Source: Candidatus Pacebacteria bacterium UBA1364 (lineage in GTDB: Bacteria; Patescibacteriota; Microgenomatia; UBA1400; PJMF01). Taken from it: a stretch of DNA of 34,269 nucleotides. The stretch is taken from NCBI GenBank assembly GCA_002306345.1, contig DBRQ01000002.1:69141-103409 (forward strand). The letters run 5' to 3'. Positions 17,741 to 28,501 of the stretch are shown one piece after another (position 1 is the first letter of the stretch; every line of letters begins with the position of its first letter). A model generated the notes under the pieces. The model did not search any database, had not been told where the DNA came from, and was given only the letters and a program-made list of their open reading frames with translations. Made by a program: the position numbers and the translations under genes.

Positions 17741-18814
17741 ATGCAAATATTAAAGCTCAATTCTAATCGAGAAGAGATTATTAAGGCCGCCGTAGCGTGT
17801 CTCAAAAATGATGGTTTGCTCATTTATCCCACAGAAACTGTTTATGGGATTGGTGCCAATGCTTGCAGCCATAAAGCTATCGATAAATTGTTAAAATATA
17901 AAGGTCGTCGCCAAGGCAAGCCACTTTCTATCGCCGTTACCGACCAAAAAATGGCTGAGCGCTATGTAGAAATCAACCAGCAGGCAGCTAAATTTTACAA
18001 GAATTTTTTACCTGGCCCCTTTACCGTAATTTCCAAAAGTAAAAATCTGGTTGATTCAAGAGTAAATTCTGAATTTGGTACGTTAGGAATTAGGATTCCT
18101 GATTACCCATTAATAGTTGAAATTATTAAAACTTTTAATCAGGCAATTACTAGCACTTCTGCCAATGCTTCTGGGCAAAAAAGACCCTACAAAATTCAGG
18201 ATATTTTTGAGCATTGTTCAACTAAACAGAAGGCCTTGATTGATTTAGTCATTGATGCTGGTGAATTGCCCAAAAATGAACCATCAGTAGTAATCGATAC
18301 CACTTTATCTACGCCAATTGCCTTGCGTGGTTCGCTTGATCAAAATCACCATCATACTGGTCAAATTTTATGGAGCAAATCTGCAAATGAAACCAGTGCA
18401 TTAGCTAGCAGACTTATGCTCAACCATTTGAATCAATTACAAAAAAATGGTCTAATTTTTGCTCTCAATGGCCCACTGGGTATAGGTAAAACTGTGTTTG
18501 CTAAAGGCGTGGCAAAATTTTTAGGCATTCAAGAAATCATTAATTCCCCAAGTTACTCGTACATGAATGAATATGCTTATCAAAGAGCACAAACTAAAGG
18601 AACTTTTTATCATCTTGACGCTTGGAAGATTGATAGTCAATCTGAAGTAGAACTTTTAAACATTCAGCAATTAATTAAAAAAAATAACGTGCTTGTAATT
18701 GAATGGTTTCAACAGATTGAGCAATATTTAACCTTAGAGCAAAAAACTACACTGATTACTTTGGATTTTGCAGAAAGTAAGCAAAAAAGAAAGATTGTCA
18801 TTAGCGAAAGTTAA
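17741..18814 (+). CDS. tsaC: Fused threonylcarbamoyl-AMP synthase (TsaC/YrdC) and TsaE ATPase
   Basis: YPTETVYG, KGR..KPL, STSAN; then GPLGIGKT, SPSY, YHLDAW, VIEW. Confidence 0.92.
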   Translation: MQILKLNSNREEIIKAAVACLKNDGLLIYPTETVYGIGANACSHKAIDKLLKYKGRRQGKPLSIAVTDQKMAERYVEINQQAAKFYKNFLPGPFTVISKSKNLVDSRVNSEFGTLGIRIPDYPLIVEIIKTFNQAITSTSANASGQKRPYKIQDIFEHCSTKQKALIDLVIDAGELPKNEPSVVIDTTLSTPIALRGSLDQNHHHTGQILWSKSANETSALASRLMLNHLNQLQKNGLIFALNGPLGIGKTVFAKGVAKFLGIQEIINSPSYSYMNEYAYQRAQTKGTFYHLDAWKIDSQSEVELLNIQQLIKKNNVLVIEWFQQIEQYLTLEQKTTLITLDFAESKQKRKIVISES

Positions 18815-18856
18815 AATTACTGAGTTATTAATCAAAAGTGGGATACAGTTGTAGCA

Positions 18857-19990
18857 ATGAGCAAAATTTTAGCCATAGATACCAGTTGCGATGATACCAG
18901 TGCCGCAGTCACTGATGGCTTAGTGGTTCTCAGTAACATCGTGGCTTCGCAAAACCAAATTCATGAAAAATTTGGTGGAGTTTTTCCCACTTTAGCCAAA
19001 CAAGCCCATCAAGAAAACATTGAACCAACCATTAATTTAGCAATGCAAGTGGCTCAGCTTGATTGGTCTTTAATTAATGCAATTGCTGTCACTGTTGGTC
19101 CGGGATTGGCACCGGCTTTGGAAGTGGGCATTACTCAAGCGAAAAAATTAGCTATTCAATATAACAAAAAAATTATTGCTGTTAATCACCTTGAAGGACA
19201 CGCGTTGTCGCCGTTAGCTCTTAATCACAGTAGAAAAAGAGGTAAACAAGCTGATACAAAAGTTAATTTACCTAGTTTAGCCGTAGTGATTTCTGGTGGT
19301 CATAGCGAATTTATTTTGGTGCAACAATTGGGTCAATATCAAAAACTTGGCCAAACCATTGATGATGCCGCTGGAGAATGTTTAGATAAGGTCGGCCGTT
19401 TACTCAATCTCGGATATCCAGCTGGACCACTGGTCGAAAAATTTGCCAAAAAAGGACAAGCGAGCAAATTTAGTTTGCCTAAAGCGATGACTATGCAAGA
19501 CAATTTTAATTTAAGTTTTTCAGGACTCAAAACCGCTGCCCGTAATTTAATTACGGATTTAGAAAAACAAAATAAATTAGATCAGCAAACTACTTATGAT
19601 TTAGCCGCGTCCTTACAGGAAGCCGTTTTTGGCCAAATTATTTATAAATTAAAAAGAATTTTGCTGAGTCCTAATTTAGTAGCAGGCACATATCCCAAAA
19701 GAGATTTTCTAGACCAGATTAAAAATGGCCAAGCACCAAAAACTTTGATTAACGAAATTTGGTTGGGTGGCGGCGTAGCCGCCAATATAAACTTACGAAG
19801 AAAAATCAGGCAATTACTTGAAAAATATCAAGAACAAAGTGGCAAAAAAATCCAACTTAAAGTTCCTTATAGCAAAAAATTGTGTAGCGATAATGCCGCC
19901 ATGATCGGACTTGTGGCTGGACTTAAATATTCAAGAAACGAATTTGCCAAACTGGATGAGTTAGACAGAAAACCCAATTTAACAATTTAA
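18857..19990 (+). CDS. tsaD: tRNA N6-threonylcarbamoyladenosine transferase TsaD
   Basis: IDTSCDDT, NHLEGH, SGGHS, DDAAGE, SFSGLKT, DNAAMIG. Confidence 0.96.
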   Translation: MSKILAIDTSCDDTSAAVTDGLVVLSNIVASQNQIHEKFGGVFPTLAKQAHQENIEPTINLAMQVAQLDWSLINAIAVTVGPGLAPALEVGITQAKKLAIQYNKKIIAVNHLEGHALSPLALNHSRKRGKQADTKVNLPSLAVVISGGHSEFILVQQLGQYQKLGQTIDDAAGECLDKVGRLLNLGYPAGPLVEKFAKKGQASKFSLPKAMTMQDNFNLSFSGLKTAARNLITDLEKQNKLDQQTTYDLAASLQEAVFGQIIYKLKRILLSPNLVAGTYPKRDFLDQIKNGQAPKTLINEIWLGGGVAANINLRRKIRQLLEKYQEQSGKKIQLKVPYSKKLCSDNAAMIGLVAGLKYSRNEFAKLDELDRKPNLTI

Positions 19991-20151
19991 AAACATCTTC
20001 TCTTAAAAACCCTTGCAAACTTTCTCAAATGGAAACATACTGCAATTTCACAGTCAGTGCGCATTTGCCAGAGTATAACAAGAAATAAAACGAAATGGCG
20101 TAACTATATCTTCTCAAGTCTTCTGCAAATTTTTATGATAGGATATCCTTA

Positions 20152-21942
20152 ATGAAAGAGGCTCATTTTGTATCAATTTTAACTCATCCTCGTTTGTATT
20201 TTTGTGCACAAGCAAGCAGCAACCAAAGTAAACAATTAGTTGTTGCTTTTTTTGTCAAAGGACAAAATGCTACTAGTTTTGCTAAAGATTTAGTTGATGA
20301 ATTCTCCAATTGGCAAATAGATAATTCTGAACAATTGCACCAAAAAATATTAGATTTACTAAGTTTTGTGCGACAGAAAAAATTAGAAATAGAATTTGCT
20401 TTAAGTCTTCTCACTGAAAAAGAAATTATTTTTGCCACTTACTGCGGGCGAGTAATTCTGAAGAGAAATGGCCAAGTTAAAAAAATTCTAGAAAGTACAA
20501 AAGAAATCAAAATTATTGTAGGTAGCTTTAAAGATAATGATCAAATTATCTTGCTTAATCAATCTGCAGAAAAAATTGAAAAACAAATCCTACAAAAACT
20601 GACAGAAAACATTAGCTTGGAAAAATTAGTGAGTGAGATTGACTTGATAAGACAAAACTACAACGATCTTGATGAAAGTATTGTGTTTTTAACTTACAAA
20701 ACAACAGCAAAAGAAGAACAAAACCAAAAATTTAATTTACAAAAAATTATTCAACAATTAAAAAAAATTAAATTTTTTTTAAATAAAATAGATAAATTGC
20801 TTAAAAAAATCTTTCAATTTTTTAAAAGAATTTTTTTTAAACTTAAAAACCAGAGCAGGAAAAAAATAATTATTACGATTGTGATTTTGTTTCTACTTAT
20901 GGCATCATTGTTCACTTTTATCACTATCTCCAACAATCAGAATCAAAAAATTATCCAAAATATAACGGCTAAAATTGTCGAAATTAGTAAAAATACCAAT
21001 AACATTGAGCAATTAGTTTTAGAACAACCACTCCAAGCCAGAGAAATTGCCCAAAAAAGCTTAACCTCACTGGAGGCTTTGAAAAATGAAAAAAACAATA
21101 AAGACAGCCTAAAATTGATAGAGGCGGAAATTAATAAAACGCAGGCGTTGATTGCAGAAATATCTAGCAATAATGCACTTGATCAATTATCGATTGCGTA
21201 TAATTTAGACGATTTTTTGGCCAGCAAAATTGAAATTAAAGACAAGCAAATTTTTCTCTTAGAAAATAGTGGCCAAGAAATTTTGCACATTAAAGCAGAC
21301 CAAAGCAGAGAAAAAATTAGTTTAAAAAATAATGAGAAAATTAAAGATTTTACTGTTACGGAAAATAAATTATTTATTTTGAGTAGTGGCCTTTACATGT
21401 TGGACTTAAGCGCAAACGAGCAAACTTTTATCAAAGTTAAAGAAGAAGGAGAATCGGATAAAAATGGCGAATTTTTAAGCAGTTTTGGTCCCTATTTGTA
21501 TCTGCTCAATAAGGATAAAAGAAACATTTATCGATATTATTACAACAATGACCAGTTAAGCGATCCAATTGGTTGGTTAATTGATAAACAAGGTGTTAAT
21601 TTTGACAATATCAACGATTTAATGGTAGATGGGGATTTGTGGTTAGGTTTTAAAGACGGTAATGTTCTCAAATTTAGCAAAGGAACTGCAGCGACTTTTC
21701 AAATGAAAGGAATCAGTCAATTGCCCACTAACCCTGTGATTTTAAGTAGCAATGAAACAAGTAATTTTGTGGCAATTTTAGAAAAACAAAATAAAAGATT
21801 ATTGATTTTGACCAAAGATGGTCAGTTGCTACGTGAAATTAAAAGTAATGAACTGGCTGGTGTCAGTAGTATTGCTTTAAGCGATGATGAAAAAAAAGTC
21901 TATGCACTTAGTGGCTCAACTATCTATGAAGTGGAAATCTAA
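20152..21942 (+). CDS. Single-pass membrane protein with a probable C-terminal beta-propeller
   Basis: Central TM (IIITIVILFLLMASLFTFITI), coiled coil, repeated beta-blade patterns. Confidence 0.65.
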   Translation: MKEAHFVSILTHPRLYFCAQASSNQSKQLVVAFFVKGQNATSFAKDLVDEFSNWQIDNSEQLHQKILDLLSFVRQKKLEIEFALSLLTEKEIIFATYCGRVILKRNGQVKKILESTKEIKIIVGSFKDNDQIILLNQSAEKIEKQILQKLTENISLEKLVSEIDLIRQNYNDLDESIVFLTYKTTAKEEQNQKFNLQKIIQQLKKIKFFLNKIDKLLKKIFQFFKRIFFKLKNQSRKKIIITIVILFLLMASLFTFITISNNQNQKIIQNITAKIVEISKNTNNIEQLVLEQPLQAREIAQKSLTSLEALKNEKNNKDSLKLIEAEINKTQALIAEISSNNALDQLSIAYNLDDFLASKIEIKDKQIFLLENSGQEILHIKADQSREKISLKNNEKIKDFTVTENKLFILSSGLYMLDLSANEQTFIKVKEEGESDKNGEFLSSFGPYLYLLNKDKRNIYRYYYNNDQLSDPIGWLIDKQGVNFDNINDLMVDGDLWLGFKDGNVLKFSKGTAATFQMKGISQLPTNPVILSSNETSNFVAILEKQNKRLLILTKDGQLLREIKSNELAGVSSIALSDDEKKVYALSGSTIYEVEI

Positions 21943-22394
21943 TGTCACTTGTTTTTAATAAAAAAGCCAACTACGAATATACTATTAGCAAAAAATTTAT
22001 CGCTGGTATTGTTTTGGAGGGTATGGAAGTTAAGAGCTTACGCTTAAAACAAGCTAGTTTAAATGGCAGCTACATCAAAGAAATTGGCGGTGAGCTTTTT
22101 CTAATCAATGCACAAATTAATGCTTACGCTTTTGCTAATCAAGAAAATTACGATCCAAAAAGATCACGCAAGTTATTACTTAAAAAAAGCGAACTCAAAA
22201 CACTACTTGAAAATAGTAAACAAAAAGGTTTTGCTATCGTTCCTCTAGCTTTCTTCCTTGCTCATAATAAAATCAAGCTAGAATTTGCCTTAGCTAAGGG
22301 CAAAAAAGAATACGAAAAAAGAGAAAACATCAAAAAAAGAGCACTAAAGAGAGAGTTACAAATTGAGAATAAAAAAGCTAAGCTTAAAATTTAA
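21942..22394 (+). CDS. smpB: SsrA-binding protein SmpB
   Basis: NKKANYEY, AGIVLEGMEVKSLR, RSRKLLL, GKKEYEKR. Confidence 0.96.
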   Translation: MSLVFNKKANYEYTISKKFIAGIVLEGMEVKSLRLKQASLNGSYIKEIGGELFLINAQINAYAFANQENYDPKRSRKLLLKKSELKTLLENSKQKGFAIVPLAFFLAHNKIKLEFALAKGKKEYEKRENIKKRALKRELQIENKKAKLKI

Positions 22395-22499
22395 AATTTG
22401 TTTCAAAGTTAAAAAGGCCAAAATTAAAAAAGGCAAAATTCCCCTTGTTCTCAGCACCAAATTAGGCTTTAATTAAGTTAAAGGAGGATAAAATTACTT

Positions 22500-22730
22500 A
22501 TGTCTAAAAATGTTTTTTGGCCCGTCACTTTAGTAATCATGGGATTAATCTTTATGGCTTCCAACATGGGTTATTTGCCAGCGGCCTTGTGGAACCTGTG
22601 GCCACTAATTTTGATTGTGGTCGGTTTAGGCGGCTTAGTTATTTCAGATAGAGAAGAATGGGTTACAAAAGAAATTAAACCAAGCAATAAAAAACCTGTC
22701 AGCAAAAAGAAAAAAACCAGTAAAAAATAG
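22500..22730 (+). CDS. Small membrane protein (DUF5668 / LiaF-TM-like)
   Basis: LVIMGLIFM..N.G...LWPLILIVVGL; AGGAGG SD. Confidence 0.75.
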   Translation: MSKNVFWPVTLVIMGLIFMASNMGYLPAALWNLWPLILIVVGLGGLVISDREEWVTKEIKPSNKKPVSKKKKTSKK

Positions 22731-22739
22731 AAGCAAACA

Positions 22740-23450
22740 ATGCGCAAGACGTTTCAAATTGCCATTGACGGTCCTGTGGCCGCCGGTAAGGGGACTGTCT
22801 CTCGTCTTTTAGCACAAAGACTAGGTTTTTTGTATGTTGATACTGGAGCGATGTATAGGGCTACTGCCCTTTTAGCTTTGCGTCACGAAATAGATTTAAA
22901 TGATGAAGACAAGGTCGTTGCTTTACTGGAAAAAAGCAAATTAGAAATGAGAAATCCGCTCCCCCCTAAAGAACTTGATGGCAGATTAACCACTGTCATT
23001 TTAGATGGTGAGGACGTTTCCTGGGCCATTCGTACGCAAAAATGTGGGATTGGTGCTTCTAAAGTAGCTGTTTTGAGCAAATTAAGAAAAACTTTGGTCA
23101 AAAAGCAACAAGAAATTGCTTCAACACAAGACGTTGTAATGGAAGGTAGAGATATTACTTTTCGGGTTTTACCAGATGCCGATCTCAAAATTTTTCTGAC
23201 GGCTAATCTTCAAGCCAGAGCAGCCAGAAGGCATACTCAATATTTAACAAAAGGCATGAATATTACTATTGAAGCAGTCACTTCTGAGATCAAGGAAAGA
23301 GATACAAGGGATATGCAGCGAAAAATTGATCCGCTACGGATTGTGCCAGATGCTTGGGTTTTGGATACCAGTGAACTAAAAATTGAAGAAGTAGTGGATT
23401 TAATCGCCGATAAAGTGCAAAAAATTAGAAATCGAAATACAAATGAGTAA
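22740..23450 (+). CDS. cmk: Cytidylate kinase, bacterial type
   Basis: IAIDGPVAAGKGT, DTGAMYR, VMEGRDI. Confidence 0.95.
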   Translation: MRKTFQIAIDGPVAAGKGTVSRLLAQRLGFLYVDTGAMYRATALLALRHEIDLNDEDKVVALLEKSKLEMRNPLPPKELDGRLTTVILDGEDVSWAIRTQKCGIGASKVAVLSKLRKTLVKKQQEIASTQDVVMEGRDITFRVLPDADLKIFLTANLQARAARRHTQYLTKGMNITIEAVTSEIKERDTRDMQRKIDPLRIVPDAWVLDTSELKIEEVVDLIADKVQKIRNRNTNE

Positions 23451-23652
23451 AAATTATCAACAAACCCCCACTCTTATTAAAAAAGTTAGCAAAGATACCA
23501 AACGCATCGAAAAAGAATATTTAGCTAAGCAAGCTAAAAAACGACAAAAAAAAACTGAAAAAGAAGAACTCAGTCAAAAGTGGGTGGCACCAGTTTTATT
23601 GATGCTTACTCTTTTATTAGGTTTTTTAGTTTCCAACATTTTCAAGAAATAG
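23443..23652 (+). CDS. Small tail-anchored membrane protein
   Basis: Overlaps the cmk stop; basic N-terminus and C-terminal hydrophobic helix. Confidence 0.6.
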   Translation: MSKNYQQTPTLIKKVSKDTKRIEKEYLAKQAKKRQKKTEKEELSQKWVAPVLLMLTLLLGFLVSNIFKK

Positions 23653-23708
23653 CAATCATTTTACAAAAGTTAATTTTATAAAATTTATCTATTGTTCCAT
23701 TTAAATGA

Positions 23709-26129
23709 TTACAAATTAATAAACGATTCATTTGCACAGGCTGTTTGCGGTTCTGTTCCTTTGATAAAGATTTCTTCACTGAGTTTAGGACAGGCACTAC
23801 AAGGCAAAGTGCCCGTTGCAGCACAAATTTTAACTTTTATCATATTATCTGGAATGGCAAAACGATGAGGATTTTGATCATCCAAAAGTAAGAGCATAAT
23901 TTTGTTCCAGATGGGTGAAGCACCAGTGATACCCGAGGCAACATAGCTCATTGAAGTGTTGTCATTATTCCCAACCCAAGTAGCCACTAAGCGATCGCTA
24001 GTGTAACCAATTGTCCAATTGTCCTTCATACTATTAGTAGTCCCAGTTTTTACTGCCACTTGCTGTGAAGGAATGTTAAGCACAGAAAATGCTCCAAAAG
24101 CCGGAGAACGTGCTTGATTATCAGATAAAATATCGGTGACAAGATAAGCTGCTGTGGGACTTAACTCTAAGTCGTCATAACAATTACCTGCATCCAAGGC
24201 GCAACTGTTGCGATAAAGAATTTCACCTTTATAATTGCGAATTTCTAAAAATGGATTAACAGCCACTGGATAACCTAGGTTGGCAAAAGTACTGTAAAGT
24301 TGTGCCATGTCGGTCATTAACACTTCTCCTGCACCCAAAGTTAAAGACAAACCAAAACGACTTCTATCTTGCCAAGTACTAATCCCTAAAGCCCCACCTT
24401 TGTTAACTAAAGTATTGACTCCAATATCAGCTAAAAGCTTTACTGCTGGCACATTATAAGAAGACGCCAAGGCTTGGCGAAGAGTCACTCGACCATGAAA
24501 ACGACCATCATAGTTTTTGGGAGCATAAGGTTTACTACCTGGAATTTGGTAAACTACTGGTGAATCATCAATAATAGAAGCCGCTGTTTTACCCTGCTCA
24601 AAAGCGATAGCATAGGTTAAGGGTTTAATGGAAGAACCCGGTTGACGTGGTCTAACAGTAACGTTGACTTGGCCGTCGTGTTCGAAATCATAATAATTTG
24701 CTCCACCTACCATAGCTAAAATTTCTCCAGTTTTGGGATTAGTGACCAAAGCCGCTCCGTTGCTAATTTGAAAAACTCCAAGCTTAGCAACTTCGTCGCT
24801 GACAATTTGTTGCGCCTGATTTTGCAGTGATAAATCCAATGTTGTTCTAACTTCTAAACCTCCCTTAGAAAGCACGTCTTCACCATATTTTTCGGCTAAT
24901 AATTTGCGCACATACATTACAAAATGAGGTGCTTGCATGTCAATACGATCTTGATTAAAAACTAATTTTTCTTGTTTAGCTTGATCAGCTTGCAATTGAC
25001 TAATGTAACCATCCTCCACCATGCGCCGCAATACCTCGGCTTGTCTAGCATAGGCCAATTCCGGATTAGAACCAAAGGGAGTGTAAGTAGATGGAGCCTG
25101 CGGTAAACCAGCCAATAAGGCCGACTCGGCTAAATCTAAGTCTTTGGCTGACTTATTAAAATAGCGCCAAGAGGCTTCTTCTATACCATAAGTCGATCCT
25201 CCATAAGCCACCGTATTAAGATACATTTCCAGAATTTGCTCTTTAGTATAGATACGTTCAACAAGTAAAGATAACAATAACTCACGAATTTTTCTGCGGT
25301 AAGTTTTTTCATTGCTTAGTAAACGATTTTTAGTCAATTGCTGAGTGATTGTTGAACCACCCTGCATTGATTCTCCTTGAATATTTTTTACAAATGCCCT
25401 AAAAATACCTTTAATAGAAAAACCAAAATGCTGATAAAATTCCCGATCTTCTATAGCAATGGTAGCGTCTTTGAGGTATTGAGAAATCATTGGCAAAGAG
25501 ACTAAGGTACGATTTTCATCCTCATAAATGCGGTAAAGTAGGTTACCGTTTCTGTCCAAAATTCTGGTAGTAACGTTTTGCGCTTTATTTGACAAATCAG
25601 TTGGAGAAGGCAAATCTTTAATAACTAAGTCATAAGTAAAATAAGCAAAACCTAAAAACAAAATCGTTAAAAGAATTGAAGAGAAATAGGTTAAATGCCA
25701 TGATTTTTTCTTTGGCCGACCAACCTTTTTATTCAAGTGAAGAAACTTGAGTAAGCGTCGCTTAGATGCACGAAGTTTTTTTAAAAAACGCTTCTTAGTT
25801 TTTAAAATTACAGAATAAGTATTTATAAAAAAACGCTGCCATTTAATATAAAACGGTAATTTCTTACGACCACGACCCTTTTTAATTTTAAGTAGCTTTA
25901 AAAATAAAATATATTGATAATTCAATTTTTTTATTGATTTATCTATTTTTTTATTTAATCTTTGGAAATATTTAGTAACCGCCCTTTTTAATTTAATGCT
26001 TATCGATAATTTGGGACGACCGCGTTTGATTTTTTTTAATGATTGGCTGCTTGTAGAAACATTCTTGCTATTTTTTTTGGAATTTTTTTTATTTTTTGGA
26101 GTATTTTGTAATTTTTTTCTAGCAGCCAT
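23709..26129 (-). CDS. Class A penicillin-binding protein (PBP1A family) with long basic N-terminus
   Basis: EDREFYQH, GGSTITQQL; transpeptidase SSIK, SYN, KTG motifs. Confidence 0.95.
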   Translation of the reverse strand: MAARKKLQNTPKNKKNSKKNSKNVSTSSQSLKKIKRGRPKLSISIKLKRAVTKYFQRLNKKIDKSIKKLNYQYILFLKLLKIKKGRGRKKLPFYIKWQRFFINTYSVILKTKKRFLKKLRASKRRLLKFLHLNKKVGRPKKKSWHLTYFSSILLTILFLGFAYFTYDLVIKDLPSPTDLSNKAQNVTTRILDRNGNLLYRIYEDENRTLVSLPMISQYLKDATIAIEDREFYQHFGFSIKGIFRAFVKNIQGESMQGGSTITQQLTKNRLLSNEKTYRRKIRELLLSLLVERIYTKEQILEMYLNTVAYGGSTYGIEEASWRYFNKSAKDLDLAESALLAGLPQAPSTYTPFGSNPELAYARQAEVLRRMVEDGYISQLQADQAKQEKLVFNQDRIDMQAPHFVMYVRKLLAEKYGEDVLSKGGLEVRTTLDLSLQNQAQQIVSDEVAKLGVFQISNGAALVTNPKTGEILAMVGGANYYDFEHDGQVNVTVRPRQPGSSIKPLTYAIAFEQGKTAASIIDDSPVVYQIPGSKPYAPKNYDGRFHGRVTLRQALASSYNVPAVKLLADIGVNTLVNKGGALGISTWQDRSRFGLSLTLGAGEVLMTDMAQLYSTFANLGYPVAVNPFLEIRNYKGEILYRNSCALDAGNCYDDLELSPTAAYLVTDILSDNQARSPAFGAFSVLNIPSQQVAVKTGTTNSMKDNWTIGYTSDRLVATWVGNNDNTSMSYVASGITGASPIWNKIMLLLLDDQNPHRFAIPDNMIKVKICAATGTLPCSACPKLSEEIFIKGTEPQTACANESFINL

Positions 26130-26282
26130 CTTGGCGCTTATTCTAACATGAAAAAATTATTTCTGTATTTTAAAATTAATTAAATTTATTTTGTAAAATA
26201 AACAATTTTTGTTTCACTTAGTGAAATCACTGTTTAATACATAAGATAAATTACATTAATTCAACATGAAAATTTTATTGGC

Positions 26283-28475
26283 TTAAATTGGACAGGCTCC
26301 ACTATCGCATTTTAGATGCTCTAAGTTAATGTCTTCTGTCATTCCCACCCCATCATCACTAATTTCATTAATAACTTGCATAAATTGACCAATAGTTACC
26401 GCCTCCTCTGGTTGATATTCATAAGCTGTCACATCAATTTTAGGCATGACACTACAAGTTTTAATCAATGGTTGGTATTTGCGAATCATATTAGAAAACT
26501 TGCGATAAGAAACCTTTTCCGGATCGTATTTGAGAGTGTAAGACACCTGATTGCCACGATCTTCTGCTAACGGTTTACCTGTTTCATCGACCCCCACAAT
26601 CCAATATTTTTCCAATAACATTAACCATTTATATTGTTCTTCAGGAGTAGCTTCACTGGCCGTTACCAGTTTGCTATTCATTCCCAAACGACAAATTTCC
26701 GGTTGAGTAGGAAAACCTACTGCCGTTGTACCTTGATAACTTTTTAATTCTTTAATTGGATAACCCATTTTTTGGTATTTTTTAACCAACGGATCGTCCT
26801 CTCGAAATTGTACCCAACGAATATATTCACGCATCGCTGGTAAATGTGCCCCTTCTGAAAGACTAAACAGCTTAGAGGTGGTACCCGCTGGTTTGATGGT
26901 GGTGTTAGTGTGCGGCACAACTACCCCAAGCTTTTTAGCATAGTTAATAGATTCATCTTCCACTGCTCGTTTAAACCGAGCAATCGTCATCCAAAAGTCC
27001 TTAGATTTTTCTTCGTCAATTAAATCGCGAAAAGCCAAACCAAAAGCATTCCAAGCATATTCATGAATACCAGTCATACCCACACCAATACGATTGGTTC
27101 TTTTGACTTCTCGAGAATATAAACTATCCATGTAAGTATTGACTCGGATTAAAGCCCGCGTGGCTACGCGAAAAGCCTCTTCAGCACTGTCAACGTCAGG
27201 AGCGTAATAAGGCACCACATCAGCAATCACGCAATAACCTCCCAGCATATTTAAAGTAATTTCTCCACAAGGATTGGGGATTTGAGTATAATATTTAGCA
27301 CTAGCATGCCGCGCTACTTCAGCTAACATTTTAACGGTCTTTTTCATCGGGGCAAATTTTTTGCTGTGTGCATAATTACCGTCTAAATAGCCGTCAAAAC
27401 CACTATCATTTTGCACTAATTTGTGTTGATTCACAAAACCTGGTTCGCCAGTTTTATCAAAATAAGAGGCACGCATGATCGCATCCAAGACTTTAATGGA
27501 ATGTTGGCTACGTTGCTTCCAAAATTTTTCATCCACCGCCACACTGTTGTTGGCTGACCATAAAAAACCACCTTTTTTGATGCTAATAAATTCAAAAATA
27601 TCTGGATCAGTCCAGGTTTTTACTGCAATGCGGGCGGCGCGGCGCGCGCCGCCCACCAGTACGCACTCTGATAAATAATGATCGGCATAAAGCGCTTGTT
27701 TCCAGGGTTTCATACCTGAACCTTTAATGGTAGCTAATTTTTGAATAGCTTTAATCAAAGGACGTGGTCCAGAAGCTGGACGACCTTGCATTCCACCAAT
27801 GGGTGAGCCCTTGGCACGCACTTTAGAAAAATCTAAAATTAAAGTATCATCCTTATACTTACGTTCGTAGGCCATTTCTTCAATTTTTTCAACTGCCTGT
27901 GCCCATCCTTCTCTAGTGTCAGGAATTTCAAACCAGTGAGCGTTTTCGTACTTATGACGAGCTTCTTTGACACTTTCATCATCTCCCCAAACAAAATCTG
28001 CGTGCGTGTCACTTAGTACACAACGTATAATCGGCATATAGTCCCAATCCACTACCATAAGAGCATCGTCATAGGCTCGTCCCACTCCGGAACCATTTAG
28101 AAGTAAATAAAAAAGTAAAAATGAGGACGAAGCAGTACTACAATTAGTAAACACTTCCATATTGCGAGTAGGCTGATTTTCATCGCCGTGCTGTAAATGA
28201 CGACCACTCAATAACAGAGATGCATTGGCTATGTGTTTACGCAATAAATCATATTCTTCCTGTCGTTCTTTAGCAAACTTTTTTGGTAACAAAGAAGCGT
28301 TTCCCAAAGCGACGCGATCTGCCACGTCAGACCAAGTTTCTAATTCGCCGTTGGCTTTAGTACGCAAGATGGTACGTTTAGCCACTGCTTCTCCCAAACC
28401 TTTAGCCAATTTGCGATCGATAAATTTCATCTTTATTTTGGGAAGGTGGCTGCTGGCAACTTTTTGCGCTGTCAT
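26283..28475 (-). CDS. nrdJ: Class II (adenosylcobalamin-dependent) ribonucleotide reductase, monomeric-like
   Basis: TNC, NPCGEI, TIKPAGTTS, C-terminal CDSGACPI; no small subunit or activase nearby; downstream of nrdR. Confidence 0.85.
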   Translation of the reverse strand: MTAQKVASSHLPKIKMKFIDRKLAKGLGEAVAKRTILRTKANGELETWSDVADRVALGNASLLPKKFAKERQEEYDLLRKHIANASLLLSGRHLQHGDENQPTRNMEVFTNCSTASSSFLLFYLLLNGSGVGRAYDDALMVVDWDYMPIIRCVLSDTHADFVWGDDESVKEARHKYENAHWFEIPDTREGWAQAVEKIEEMAYERKYKDDTLILDFSKVRAKGSPIGGMQGRPASGPRPLIKAIQKLATIKGSGMKPWKQALYADHYLSECVLVGGARRAARIAVKTWTDPDIFEFISIKKGGFLWSANNSVAVDEKFWKQRSQHSIKVLDAIMRASYFDKTGEPGFVNQHKLVQNDSGFDGYLDGNYAHSKKFAPMKKTVKMLAEVARHASAKYYTQIPNPCGEITLNMLGGYCVIADVVPYYAPDVDSAEEAFRVATRALIRVNTYMDSLYSREVKRTNRIGVGMTGIHEYAWNAFGLAFRDLIDEEKSKDFWMTIARFKRAVEDESINYAKKLGVVVPHTNTTIKPAGTTSKLFSLSEGAHLPAMREYIRWVQFREDDPLVKKYQKMGYPIKELKSYQGTTAVGFPTQPEICRLGMNSKLVTASEATPEEQYKWLMLLEKYWIVGVDETGKPLAEDRGNQVSYTLKYDPEKVSYRKFSNMIRKYQPLIKTCSVMPKIDVTAYEYQPEEAVTIGQFMQVINEISDDGVGMTEDINLEHLKCDSGACPI

Positions 28476-28501
28476 ATATTTTTCTTTCTAGCTATCAACG
28501 T

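Noticed and set aside
22411-22440. Direct repeat AAAAAGGC(C)AAAATT after smpB
   Set aside because: Short A-rich duplication; no tmRNA features seen nearby
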